From contig DF237035.1 of NCBI GenBank assembly GCA_000708835.1, positions 131,899 through 195,898 of the forward strand: a stretch of 64,000 nucleotides of DNA, written 5' to 3'. Every line of letters starts with the position of its first letter. The stretch's first letter is position 1. This DNA is from Klebsormidium nitens. Lineage: Eukaryota; Plantae; Klebsormidiophyceae. This document shows positions 52,064 through 64,000 of the stretch, in pieces. A program made the position numbers and the translations under genes. Below the pieces are notes generated by a model that searched no databases, was not told the origin of the DNA, and worked only from the letters and a program-made list of their open reading frames with translations.

Positions 52064-55000
52064 ATGGCGGCTGCAACTCACGGCGCCAACGTATGGGCCG
52101 CCCTGGCTTCGGTTCGGGCCAAGAATCCGCTGGTCCAGTGCATTGCAAACTACGTGAGCATGGACCTGGCGGCCAACACGTTACTGGTGAGGGCCTCGCC
52201 AACTGATGTGCACCTCAACAAGGGAGAATGCAAGGATTTCAAAGTGCTTATGTCAATCTCCAACAGCATTGCACGCCGCTTTTTGGTTTTCTTGGTTTCG
52301 TTCTCTGCTTCTTGACTCTTAAATGGGTGTCTCGGGTTGGGCGCTTGGGTGCTTTTTCTGAGTGAATGAATGCCTGATCTAGATTGGAAGTCATTAAGGG
52401 CTAGAAGCCGCCAATGTATCCCCCTTCCGCAGCATCGACTACAAAAGCTGGCGCTTATGCTGGAAAACTATATCTACTGTGCCCTGGAGCATGGCATCTG
52501 CTTTGAGCGCCCATTGTTTGGATCAGCGCAAATAAATTTCCTGAATTAGCTGCTCGAATGTGCAGGCGGCCGGAGCGTCCCCTGCTATGGTGCATTCAGC
52601 AGAGGAGGTGGAGGAGTTTATACAGGTAGGCGCTCTGCCGCTCGTGCCGTCCCAGAGCCCCCTCTTCACAAAGACCAAACAAGCAACTTCAGCCTTATTG
52701 TTCAGACTATTCTGGTCTGTTCCTCAAGGTTTTCGCCTGGCCTGGACGATGAACTTTCAATCATCATAAGCAGGTTCAATGGACAGAAAGCATTGCTCCT
52801 CAATCTTGTCACTCCTCCCACCGCACCAACCCTCCATCGTCTCCATAATCTGCACGTTGACACCACATCACCATTTCATGACATTTGCAGATTGCTGGTG
52901 CTTTGAGTGTCAACATCGGCACACTATCGCCTCCCTGGGTAGAAGGGATGCGCCGTGCCATAGCAGGCGCTAAAGAGGCGGGCAAGCCATGGGTTTTGGA
53001 CCCAGTAGGAGTTGGGGCCACCACTTATCGAACAAAAGTGAGCCCTTTCTGTCATCTCGGCCCAATCTTGGGCCAAGTGCAGTCCCGTTTTCTCATATGT
53101 GGCAAATCGCACATGCTCTCGCGTCTGCTTATCAGCCGGCCAAGCCGGACTTCTCTTTGCAATGACGAGTCGACGAGTGCTCATTGCCGGAATTCAGGAC
53201 GGCTCTTTCTTTTCTGCAGCTCCTTAACAAACCTTCTCACACCTTTCTCTGCTCATGCAGATATGCCAGGAGTTGATAGCAATGGGCCCGACAGTGATTA
53301 GGGGCAATGCGTCTGAGATCCTGGCAGCGGCGGGGGCAGCCACTGAAGCTACCAGGGTAAGATTTGCGCCCCCTGATATTTCCCTTTGCAAAGGTGTCAT
53401 GAGGGGGGGCGGAAACTGCTTTTGACATTCGGGCCTGCTTTCAAATCGACGATGTGCGCGCCCTCAGAGCCGATATTCGAACCCGAATGACACAAACTTC
53501 TGGAAAAGCAAGATCCAGGATGTTTGAAGATATAGAGGCTCTCGAGCATGGCTCGTTGCTGACAGCCCTCTGTGTGGATATGAAAATTGCGGCAATCCCA
53601 TGTTGCAGCGAGCTCTTCCATAGTTCGGTCCTCATTTCTCGAAAAACTTTCAGCTATAAGTTCTCGAAAGTTGGCGGGCTCCTGGATACTCGGATTGCTC
53701 CCCAGATTTGATTCTCTTCTGGCCCAGCAGGGCGTTGACAGCAGTACTTTTGGCACTTTATTAGAAAAAGCTCGTGAATCTGACTTAAAAATCAATTGCA
53801 TGATTTGGCGAGCTCTTCCGCAATCCGCGCAGTTTTTTGATAACAGTGTCGTTGTTCTCTCGTTGTTCTCTCGGGCAGCAGGGCGTTCACAGCTCTGCCT
53901 TTGTCACCTTCTCAGATCTGGGTTTCGAAAGTCGACGTGGTGAATTATAGCACAGTTTGGCGGGCTTTCCAAATACTCGCCCCGTTCTCTCGACAGCCTC
54001 GTATCTCTTCTGGGCCAACAGGGCGTTAACAGCTCCGCCTTCGTAACTTGTCAGTATTTGAGTTTCGAAAGTCGACGTGGTGAATTATAGCCCAGTTTGG
54101 CGGGCTTTTCAAATACTCGCCCCGTTCTCTCGACAGTCTCGTATCTCTTCTGGGCCAACAGGGCGTTGACAGCTCTGCCTTCGTAACCTGTCAGTTTTGA
54201 GTTTCGAGAGTCGATGTGGTAATAATCAACGCGATTCGGTGGGCTTTCCAAATTCATTCGCCCCGTTCTCTCGACAGCCTCATATCTCTTCTGGGCCGAC
54301 AGGGCGTTGACAGCTCTGCCGCCTCCACAGACGCGCTTTCTGCCGCCAAGCAATTGGCCACTGCGTGCGGGTCCGTAGTCGCCGTAAGCGGCGCTATCGA
54401 CCTTATCACGGATGGAAGACGGGTGTTGCGCGTGGCCAATGGGGATCCCCTCCTTCAGGTCAGTACCAATTTCGATCCCACCTGTTACGTTGCTTTTTGG
54501 CACGACAGTCAAAGCTCGATTTGCCCAGTTAAGCACTGCCTTTTCGGAAAATATGTTGCATCGCCTTTGCCATACGCTATTGGGGAAAAGATCCGGACAC
54601 ATCAAAGCGAAGGCGGGTCCACAAACACACTTGTTCCCAGTCAAACCTTTGTCACCATTTATTGCGCAAGAGTTGAACACCGTTCCAAGGAGAACTTGTT
54701 TCTGGGTCCCACATGACATTTGATTTCGGAAAGTCGCCCGTTACCCTTCTCCTAACCTCCACAAGGCCTACCGGATCGGTAAAGTGATACATTCTCAAGT
54801 TGAGCTCGAGACCTTGCTCTTTACTTCCCGACCCGAAACGAACACCTGATTCGGCTTGCGTATCAAATCTACCATCCAAATCTTACCGACTCAATCAGTT
54901 CGGAGCGATCTCTCATTATCTCGGTTACGTATCTGAGGAGGGAAAAGAGATGGAGCGCTGTTGACCCCCTCGCGTGTCGGCTGCAGAAAGTGACCGCCAC

Positions 55001-55619
55001 GGGGTGCTCCGTGACGGCGCTAATCGCCGTCTTTCTGGCCGCTAATCCCGAGCTACAGCCCCTAGAGGCGGCCGCATACACCCTCGCTTATTTCGGGTGA
55101 GCTTTTACACGGGCTGTTTGGACCTAACTTTCTATTGGTCGTGGAGGCTACGCTTTTCTACCGGTCTTACAAGCTCAGCTTCCTACCGCGGTCGGGAAGC
55201 AGCCGCCCCCAGTAGCACGCTTCGCTAATTTTCCTTCTTCTCGCGATTCTTGGACCGTGCGAAATTTAAGAGGAGCTGCATCAGCGTGGGCGCTTTTCTG
55301 CTTGCGCTACAGGTTCTCCGGTAGGATCCGCCGATCTGCTCTTGGTTATGTCTTCCCTTCCGGAAGTCGGTTAAAGCATCTAATGAACCCTTCTATGGTT
55401 GCCAAACTGCTTTTGGCTGTCGTCTTTTCTTTCCGAAGTCGGTTTGAGTATCCAAGTAATCCTTCTATGGTGGATTTTCGCAGGCTGGCAGCTCAGGTCG
55501 CAGTTGAAGCGCACCCAGGGGGACCAGGCACTTTCAGAGCGCACTTTTTAGATGCACTGTACGCTTTGGGCGAGGAAACCGTGACGCAAGGAGCCCTCGT
55601 TTCCGAGGATCCGCTATAA
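52064..55619 (+). CDS. THIM: Hydroxyethylthiazole kinase (thiamine salvage), 275 aa
   Basis: Seven exons in phase: 52064-52186, 52566-52625, 52891-53037, 53261-53356, 54303-54458, 54987-55096, 55484-55619. Motifs [87 protein letters not shown]. Confidence 0.96.
53660..54320 (+). repeat. Tandem array (~140-151 bp units) duplicating the THIM intron 4 / exon 5 junction
   Basis: CAG|GGCGTT(G/C/A)ACAGC with exon-like starts at 53731, 53882, 54022, 54162 and the real exon at 54303 (periods 151, 140, 140, 141). Confidence 0.9.
55350..55471. repeat. 72-bp-period tandem duplication in the last THIM intron
   Basis: GAAGTCGG at 55363 and 55435; CTTCTATGG at 55390 and 55462. Confidence 0.75.
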
Positions 55620-55680
55620 CTCGAGTGGAAACCAGGCCACGAGGGAGGCAGCATTAAGCCCCCGAGAGGAGATTCATTAC

Positions 55681-56700
55681 TGCCATGCATGCCGGTGCAA
55701 ACGGTGTTGTCTATGTCCTAGCCTGATGATCAGCTGCTTCGAGGCAGCGCATCTGGTCAACTGTAAGCCTCAAGGCTCAGCCGCCCTGTCTTGCAATTGA
55801 TTTCTCGCATTGGCCTTACAGCTATCATGCTCGTGCTGCGTTTGAATGTTGATGATATATAGACAAGATACTCCTGGCATTGAGAAATGGCCGGGTAGTC
55901 GGCGAACATCACACATATCATGCAAGCAAAGTTAGGCTAGCCTGAAGCACGCTTGCATTCCATTGGCGTGTATGTGCATGCATGCGTGGCCGTCAGCTTT
56001 AATCTGTAGAAAGACTCGACTATATAGTCCCTAGCACCTGACACTGAATGTCTACATGATGTTTTATAAGATCATGTGCTCACAAGCGCGTGCCACTGCG
56101 CATGTTTCAAGTTTCTAGTGCATGACAAATACCCGGCGTCAAGCATGCCAAATTTGATCAACCCCGCCGCGGCCGCGCCATGGAATGATCTGCTGGCGAG
56201 CCACATTGCGGCAATGATCAAATGTCCGACGTGAATGATATGGGCTTGAGAAGAGATGCACTAAATGGACTGCAAAAGTTTGCATGCAGCTCACCGCGTC
56301 AGTGACGATAATTTCCATAATTGCAACTTAAGGCGCTTGCATGTGGCAATCAACTGCCCAGGCAGGCTTACATACCGCGAGTATACCCGGATCGACGCGC
56401 CGATTATAGCGGTCGGACAGCTAAGCCCGCCGGCCTTCAAAGCGATCATCTCGATCGAATCTGATGCAAGTGATTCTGCCCGCACGGTGAACCTTGCATC
56501 AAAAGGGGCCCGTTCAACCTTTTTCAAAAGCGAACTCCAGACGGCCAACAGCTCCATAACAAATAACATAAGCTAATGCACATGGATCCAATTTTTTACC
56601 GATAAAAGCAATTTGACGATCCAGATTGTACGTATCCAAATTTCTGCTTTTGCCATTGACCGCCGTCCAGACTCGTGCATTTTCCATGTAGGCTCCACTA
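55681..56700. other. CATG-dense zone between convergent 3' ends (THIM / coiled-coil gene)
   Basis: About 16 CATG in 1 kb, about 12 of them in 55681-56200, by manual count. Confidence 0.55.
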
Positions 56701-56823
56701 GACCGTCCTCTTGACAGAAAGTTTCGATTTTAGAAGTTGACCGTAATATATGTACTAATAAATACAGCTGTCACGACAAACTCCAAGTTAGCGGTGCTGA
56801 AACGGCACTGCCACGCGCCTTTC

Positions 56824-59800
56824 TTATGCGCCCGCCGCCATGACCTCCCCCCACCGCACTTCCTGTTCCAATACAGCAAGCGCCCTATGCAAACTCGCCG
56901 TGAGCTCCCGCGCCCCCCCTTTCCTCCCTTTTCCCTTCTCCCCTCCCCCGCTCTGCCGGCACCGCTCCACCTCCGCCAAAACCCCTTCTAAAACCACCCC
57001 CCCGGAAGACGGTTTTCGTCCTTTCCCCATGAGATGCCTCACTTCGTCCATTCTTAGATGCACCAACTCTGCCGCCGCCGCCGTTTCCCCACCCTGCTCC
57101 CGCCATTCCTCGCTCCCCTCACTCTCCGCCCCCGCACCCTGCTTTTCTATGATCTCGCCCGCCGCTCGTAAAGCGCGCGCCGCGCGCGCACCGGTTTTAG
57201 TTAGCGCCGCTGCAAGGGCTCCGAGCTCGGCCTCGGCCGCGCGAGCCACGCCGAGTTCTTCTCTCGCCACCTCTAGTTGCCGCTGCGCAGCCGCGAGTCG
57301 ATCTTCGGCAGCTGCCGCCTCGGCCTCGCGCTCGGCCCGCGCGGCGTCGAGTTGGTTGCGGCACGAGCGCAGCAAGGCCTCCCTGCAGAGGACACGTGGC
57401 AGGTCAGAGTGAGGCGAACGACGGAGGTCAGAAGAAACGTGCGGCGGTGGCCACGAACAAAGCCTTAAGCATTACTGTGTCGGCTAAGAGCAAGAAACAA
57501 TAGAAAGGGTCGAAAGGCGACATGAACTCCCATCAGACACCGTTCAAACCTGCACGACGCGGATTTGTCCAGAGAGGCGGATCACTTGCTACAACGTTCT
57601 CATTCTTTAGTTTTCAATCAACCCCTCACAACAATCTGTCCGGTTCCGGCCGTCCTGTGAGGCTTACCTTCGAGCAGCTTCCGCCTGCCACCTCTTGACC
57701 GCGGCCTCGAGCCCCTCCCTATCTTTCTCCCGCTCTTTCTCTTTCTCCCTTTCTGCCGCGTTTGCCGCGACTTCCGCCCTTTCTCTCGCCTCCTTCAAAG
57801 CCGCCTCCTTACTCTTGAGCGCCGCACTCAAGCTCCGCACTTTTTCCTCCGCAGCTTGCATCCGTTTCTGATCCCCGCTCGCGTCGCGGTCCACTCCGGC
57901 CGCCGCCTCTAGTTTCCGGTGCAGTTCCTTGACCACAGCGGCCTGCCGCGCGGCCGCCAGCTTCGACTTCGAAAGCTCCGCCTCGAGAGCCGCGCGCGCG
58001 TCGACCGCAGCCGCGGCCGCGGCCGCGCGCTGCTTGGACTCGCCCTCGAGGCTGTTGAGGAGCCGGGACTTGCGCGCCGCGTCTGCGCGTGCGGCCTTTA
58101 GCTCCGCCTGCGGAAATCAATGCTGCAACTTCAAACATCGTGCTTGGGCATAGTAAGGAAGGTGAGCGCCCGCATATCAGAGAAAGTATTTAGAGAGAGC
58201 TGGGGAGGTAAAGGACATGCACAAGGCAACCTGCGACCATTCTTCAGACCTCAACCGTCGTCTGCGGGGATATAACCTGTCTCGTCTGGCAGTCCCAGTG
58301 CAGCACCGCATGCCCCTGCGCTTTTGCACCTAATAGCAGCCCCTCTTGGAACTTTCGCCTCCGCAGTCCGTCCGTTGATTCCGACCCTCAACCCGCTGCC
58401 TTCTGCAGTGAATCTCAGAACAGATGGACAAGAATCTTGAGATACCGGAGGCCGCTGACAGCTGGCCTCGGTGCCGCTGTTGCCGCAAGGGTCGCCCATA
58501 CCTGGCACCGCCTGCGAGAGTGTCCGCCTGCTGCTGCCAGACCTCGGGGGAGTGTGTCGTAGCGACCTTGTTTGGGGTTCTGGAATTCAAGGGTTTTATC
58601 CAATCATTGGAAAGCAGACACGAATTAAGCCCCAGCACGGGTCGCCTCACCTGGCACGTCGCGAGCGCGTCCGCCTGCTGCTGCCAGACCTCGGGGGAGT
58701 GCGTGGCGGCGACCTTCTGGGCGGCCCGCAGCCGCTCCTGAAGCGCGCCCACCTCGCGCGCCGCTTTCCGCTTTACGTCCACCAGCTCCGCCGACGCTGC
58801 AAGAGCGTTATAAGGAGCATCCAGCAGTCAAGCGAGGCTTCTCAAAAATCTCGCAGTACGATTCTAGCTTTTGGCAAAAGGGGAGAGCGGAGAGGGAGTC
58901 GGTGAACTGGTTCCAACCATAGTTACTTGTCAAAGGTTTTTCCGAAGTATGGCAGCTACCTGGAAAAACAATCTTTGTAGGAGAGCTGACGACTTCGCGC
59001 CTACAAGAAGCGATGAGTTTGACCAGGATCATCATTAAGGAGCGCTTTGTGGGCTCCTTGCGCAGGCAAGCATTCCTCTCGCAGGCCGCCACCTTGATTG
59101 CATTCGCGGCCAAGCAGAGTCTTCGCGCGGTAACCCCTCATATCATGTCAGACACTTCAAACTAGCAACTCTCCAACAGCACAACAGCATATTTGAATAT
59201 CTGCTTAGCGAGTTCTAGCATCTACTTCTTTTCACCGCCCCTTCTGGCCCAAGCTCCACAAGGAGGACCCACCGCCTTCTGCCAAAGTGATCGACTACTA
59301 AAATCGTCCAAAACCTGAGCAATGAACGCCGTTGTCCTGAACGCAACTTTGAAAGGAACGCTGTTGTCCTCACAACATTAACCGTTTCCTCTGCTTTGAT
59401 TTTATCAACCGTGAGCGGCGCCTCACCTGCCGCCAGCTTCGCCCGCAGCTGCTCGACTCGCTCTCCCGACTGCGCGAGCCTCCCCTCGAGCGCGCACTTT
59501 TCCTGCCGCGCAAACTGCAGCTCCCCCGCCATCGCGCGCAGCCCCTCGCTCTCCGCGACTGCGCGCATCGCCTGTGCAGCGTCCGCCACCTGTCGGGCCC
59601 ACGCCTCGGGGTTTGGACACTCTGGTAATTCGGGGCCCGGGGGCCCGTGTGAAATCTTCCCCCGGGAGGAATCGGTGTCGCGAGTGGGGGGAGAAAGGCG
59701 TCGGGGTTGAGGGGGGGAATCGTGATGGAAGGTGTTGTGCGCGAGCGCTTGGAGCCGCGCCTCGAGGGACTGGACTTCGCGTTCCTTCAGCGCGCGGTAT

Positions 59801-62800
59801 CTGTAGGCCAGTAAGATCATTGGTCAGCCGACAGTCAACCGAAAACTGCTCAGAAGTATTCGTTTTAATTGCACTTCGCAGGATGAATTGATGGTTCTTT
59901 GTGGGCGTGAGACGCTAAGCCCGTGATCAGTACTTTGCTCTTCTACCTACGACAATGGTTAATCAGACACCACGATCTTTCCATCAATCCAAACGTTCCC
60001 ATACACACCAGCTTATCCATCATTTGTCTCTGCTCATATCGTGAATCACCTCAAGACAGAACGTGCACTTCTCGTGGCTTTTACAGCCGCCTAGGACCCA
60101 CCGTTGATACTCCGCTTGTAAGCGCGCCACGGCGGCCTGCCCCTCGCGCTGCCACGTATCCCTCTGCTCCGCACACTCCTGGAGCGCCACCTGGCAGGCG
60201 TCCCGCTCGGCTTGGCGCTCGCGCGCGTATACGATTCCAGCCTCTACTTTCACCTCCCACTCTTTGCGCTCTACTGCGGATTCCGCGGCCCAGAGCTCTC
60301 GAGCTTCCGCCAGAGCGGCTTCCGCTTTAATGACTTTCTCCTCGGCGTCGGTGCGTGCGGCGACGATTTCTTGCTGCCACCTGGAACAAGGCGGCAAAAG
60401 CACGGGATCAGATGAACATCAAGAAAGGGTCGATGATCGACTTACATCTGTGCCGAGTAAGCTCCGCTCAGCTGTGTTTGAAGCGCAGGTCGCGAGGATT
60501 ATCGAGCGGATAGCGAGGAAGATAGTAAGAAGGCAGGAAGAGGGAACGAGGACAAAGACTAAAGACATCTTAGAGATTATTGAAACATTGCACAAAGGTC
60601 CCAGAACGGGCACAGAAGCTGGGCGCCTCCTCTGAGAGGACTATATGCACTGCACCTGGGTTCAAGCACTGATAACCATTATTCCGCTCCGTACTTCAAA
60701 AATCCGTTTCTTGCCAAGGTGTCCTGCCCCTCACCTGGCCTGTGCTGCCAGCATTTTCGCCTCGACGTCCTGCAAGTTTTGTATGTGCTGCTCCACCAGT
60801 CGTTCCCGCTCCCGCCCCGCTGCCGCCTCTAGTTCCGCCCGCCGAGCCCGCTCCTCCGCAATCGCCGCCTCTAGTTGCGCCACTCTCTGGGCAGCCTCTA
60901 GAGCGCGGCGCTTGTACTCTGAACGCAACGCTTGGAGCAGATGCGTGTACCTGCAAACGAGAGGAGGCACAGCTCAGGTAGCCGCGAGAGAGAAAGTTTC
61001 CTTCACACAAACTTAGATCCTGAGACTTGGAGATAGATCGTACGTCTCCTAAAAGCAGTACAGAATTGACCGAATGGACCGAAAACCTGATAACAATTGC
61101 CAGGTCACCGAATTACTCACCTCTGTGCGCGAGCCAGGCGCGCCCACTGCTGCCTCTGCTGCTCGTCTCGCCGACCAGCCTCCCCATCAAGAACCGCAGC
61201 GGCCTGCCCCTTACTGGGACCGTTTTGAGGGGCAGATGGGGGCCCGTCCTGGATGCAAGAGGAGACTCAATAAGTTTGCGTCGTCAGCACACTTGCGATC
61301 GCTTGGGCAGAACTTTGAGACCTGAAAGACAAGCCTGTGGATGGACGCAGTCAAGGATAAGAACTCTTGTTAGCAAGCAGAAAGATCCAACGCCTTTGTT
61401 ACACGGACCACTGTACCGGCCTTGAGTCCATTTTCCAGGAGGACCCTTCAACATCGGCGAGTTTCTTGAGGAAGGCGCCGCAGATACCGCTCGTGAATTG
61501 CCCCGACAAACAGGAAAGCATAGAAGGGCCATCGAGTGTCTCACACGGGGTTACCAACTCATACCCAGATTCAAATTGAAGCTAAAAGCAAATATAAAGG
61601 TGTGGCCCCGCTGCCGTTCCCCTGTTCCTCACCCGCTCCTCGAAAAGGACACTTTCTTGCCCGGCGCTCTGCTGCCCAGCCATGCCACGTGGCTGCGCTT
61701 CTTGGAGTAGCCGCTGAGCTTCTACCAGCTGGCGCGCCAGCTCCTGCTGCCCGCTCCGCGCTTGGGCCCCCGCCTCCATCTCCGCTTCACACTGCCGCCG
61801 CAGCGCTGCCAAGCGCTCATTTGCCACTGCCAATGCCTGCACCCAATCCGCCGCTGTCACTGTGACGTTGCAAAAGTGTCACAGAGGGCGAGAAACGTGA
61901 TTGTTCGCCTCAATCCCAAGTCTCTGTTTTGTGGCTAATAGCCGATAGCTGAATCGGAAAGAATGAATTGCCGGCAACTGACTCATGTCGCAAAGCTTAC
62001 AACATGCGTGAGAAGTCGGACTTCAGCGACTTTACAGTTAGTCGTTTTCACCTTGTCGAATGAATCCAAATCAAAATTGAGGAGTCTTCACCTGCTCTCC
62101 CTCCTGCACGGCAGCCCTCCCTCGCTCCCCCGCCTCCTTCGCCGCCTCTAGTTCCTTCGCCAGCGCCTCTTTCTCGCGCCCCGCCTGCTCCTCCGCTTGC
62201 GCGAGCGCGCCCCTCAGCGCGCCCACCAGCCGTCGATGCTCCTGCCGTTCGCTGCCCACCACCGATTTCAAAACGGCCACCTCCTGCTGCACCGCTGACA
62301 TCACCGCGGCGCCGGCCGCGAGCCGCGCGCCCGCGCCGACGTCAGCACGCGCGCTGACGTCAAGCTCGCGTAAGCGGGCCTCGGCGGAGGCGTGGGAGGC
62401 GGTCACGGCTTGCAGCGCGTGGCGGGCTTCTTGGCAGGCCACGCGTTCGGAGGCGAGGGCGGCTTGGAGGGCGGCTTCAGTAGCCTGAGCGGTTGCCGAC
62501 GCGGCCGCGACCTGCAATGTTGTAAAGAAAATATTCAGTGAAGAAAAGGAACATACCTGTCCTGGCTTTGAGGTAGAGAGAGACGGGACGTTTCACTTGG
62601 GCCTTACTCCGTGCACGGACTCAGTGGCCAGTTGAGATCCGAAGTCGCCTTTTGATACTTGAACCTTCAGTTTAACGAAGGACAGGCAAAAGCGCTGTCG
62701 TGGGGTTAAACTTCACAACAGGCTCTGGTTGCGGTGTCTTTCAAAGAGAGGACGGTTCCTCCTGCACACGTGGCAGCTTGTCGGCCCCTCACCTGCTCAG

Positions 62801-64000
62801 CATGCCGCCGCCCCTCCTCCTCCCGACTCCGCCGCTCTATTTCCAATCTGCTCTCCATAAGAGTCTCCCGCTGGCGAGCCGCCTCAATAAGCTTCCCCCG
62901 CTCCAGTTCTACCGCCATGCACCGCCGCTCCCACTCTTCCACCGCTTTTCGTAGCGTCTCTAGTTGCGCATCCCTTGAGGAGGCTTCCGTTTGCAGCTTC
63001 TCTACTTGCGCTTCCCTCAGAGAGTGTTCCGTTTCCGCTGCTTCCGCCCCCGGCCCCGGCCCTGCGCTCCGGTCTGCACATTCAACGTACGTTTGCGCTG
63101 CCCGCTCCGCCGTCTCTCCAAAGTCGGTCTCAGTTCCCTTCTCAAGATTCTCACTTCTTCCTTGCGTTGCTAGCAACCCACGGGGCATTTTTCGGTTCTC
63201 TTCTCCTTGTCCAGAGCTAGAGGTTGGATCTGCGCCGAGCACCGTCTCTACGAGCGGATCTGTCATGGTGCCAACTTCGCAAGACGCAGTCAAGGGCCCC
63301 ATGCTTGACACCGCACCGCCGGCGACCGCAGCGTTGGATTGGCTTTGAATCAGCTGTGCTTGCTGGGTCCACTCACGGTCTTGGAACACCGGAACCACCG
63401 CAAAAGGAAGATCTTCCGGCCCGGAAGAGTGGCGCTCCGCAGCCAAGAGCGCACCGTGAGAACCCCCTTCCCGCCCATCAACGCTGGCCGCGCCTCCTGC
63501 GGTACTACCAAAGTCGGTCAGATTTGGCTGTGCCGCTTCTGGGCGTTGCATGGAGGCAAGTGTAGAATCCGCGCGCGATTCCGGAGGGGCGTTGTTGGAT
63601 TGGGAGAGGCGAACTTGGCTCTGCTCTGTCGCGGACTGTCTCACAGACCCCCCGGTCTGTCCCTCAGCCGCACGATTCGCTCCCCACGGGACTAGCCCAT
63701 CCCCATTACTTTCTCCAACCAAGCCTCGCCCAGTGGCACCTTCAGCCCCCGCACCCAACGACCTGTGGTTAGCACTATCGCCGTCCAATGCGCTGCAATC
63801 CTGCACTTCGCCAGCGGCTATATTTTCCCGTTGTCTGACAGGGGGGTAGACAAGTACACTATCATTGGGGACAGCTTGCCTCCCCTCCGAACCATGACCG
63901 TTAGTCACGCCAACGGATGCAGGCCTAATCGCGATCTTTGATCCAACTTGTTGCACTGATCCGCTTTGCTCCAACACTCTGCCCAGTCTGACCGCTTCAC
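56824..64000 (-). CDS. Long Ala/Glu/Arg-rich coiled-coil protein of unknown function, 5'-truncated by the window edge
   Basis: Exons in consistent phase: >64000-62793, 62511-62092, 61836-61633, 61248-61121, 60950-60735, 60380-60102, 59800-59427, 58796-58651, 58107-57668, 57382-56824. Heptad-like helical composition throughout (e.g. EAAIAEERARRAELEAAAGRERERL). The frame is open to the window end. Confidence 0.8.
58489..58727 (-). repeat. ~150-bp-period duplication of an exon end and donor in the coiled-coil gene
   Basis: GTCCGCCTGCTGCTGCCAGACCTCGGGGGAGTG occurs twice on the plus strand; on the minus strand the real exon ends at 58651 (GTGAGG donor) and the copy ends at 58502 (GTATGG donor). 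Confidence 0.85.

Noticed and set aside
53660-54320. CRISPR-like or satellite array
   Set aside because: Whole units are similar end to end with no unique spacers, the context is eukaryotic, and the repeat is explained by duplication of a splice junction.
52064-56700. TPP riboswitch in or after THIM
   Set aside because: No non-coding CUGAGA plus downstream ACCUG...AAU core was found by eye; the only CTGAGA noticed is coding (ASEI). An Infernal search with the Rfam TPP model would be the decisive test.

Overview
Eukaryotic nuclear DNA, gene-dense and intron-rich, with GC-rich exons and GT-AG introns. A Pelle/RLCK kinase, a PIF-like bHLH with an MxHCVPDW N-terminus and plastid-targeted proteins point to a streptophyte alga of the Klebsormidium type (inference). 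I spliced ten protein-coding genes by hand and checked reading-frame phase at each junction. In order: (-) conserved plastid membrane protein, (+) cyclophilin, (+) ~1022-aa secreted Cys-rich putatively GPI-anchored protein, (-) tandem two-domain Xi-class glutathione transferase (GHR), (+) non-RD receptor-like cytoplasmic kinase, (-) PIF-like bHLH with an apparent +1 frameshift, (+) UBE2W/UBC15-18-type E2, (-) thylakoid-lumen-type TPR protein, (+) hydroxyethylthiazole kinase THIM, (-) long coiled-coil protein whose 5' part lies outside the window. Non-genic features include a TA-flanked MITE, a strong G-quadruplex/telomere-like tract and many local tandem duplications. The most notable patterns are the in-frame fusion of two divergent GHR domains, repeated tandem duplication of splice junctions (five copies of a THIM acceptor, plus cases in three other genes) and CATG-dense zones in all four convergent intergenic regions. 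No tRNA, rRNA, CRISPR array or intact autonomous transposon was recognised. No database searches were run, so family names rest on remembered motifs.
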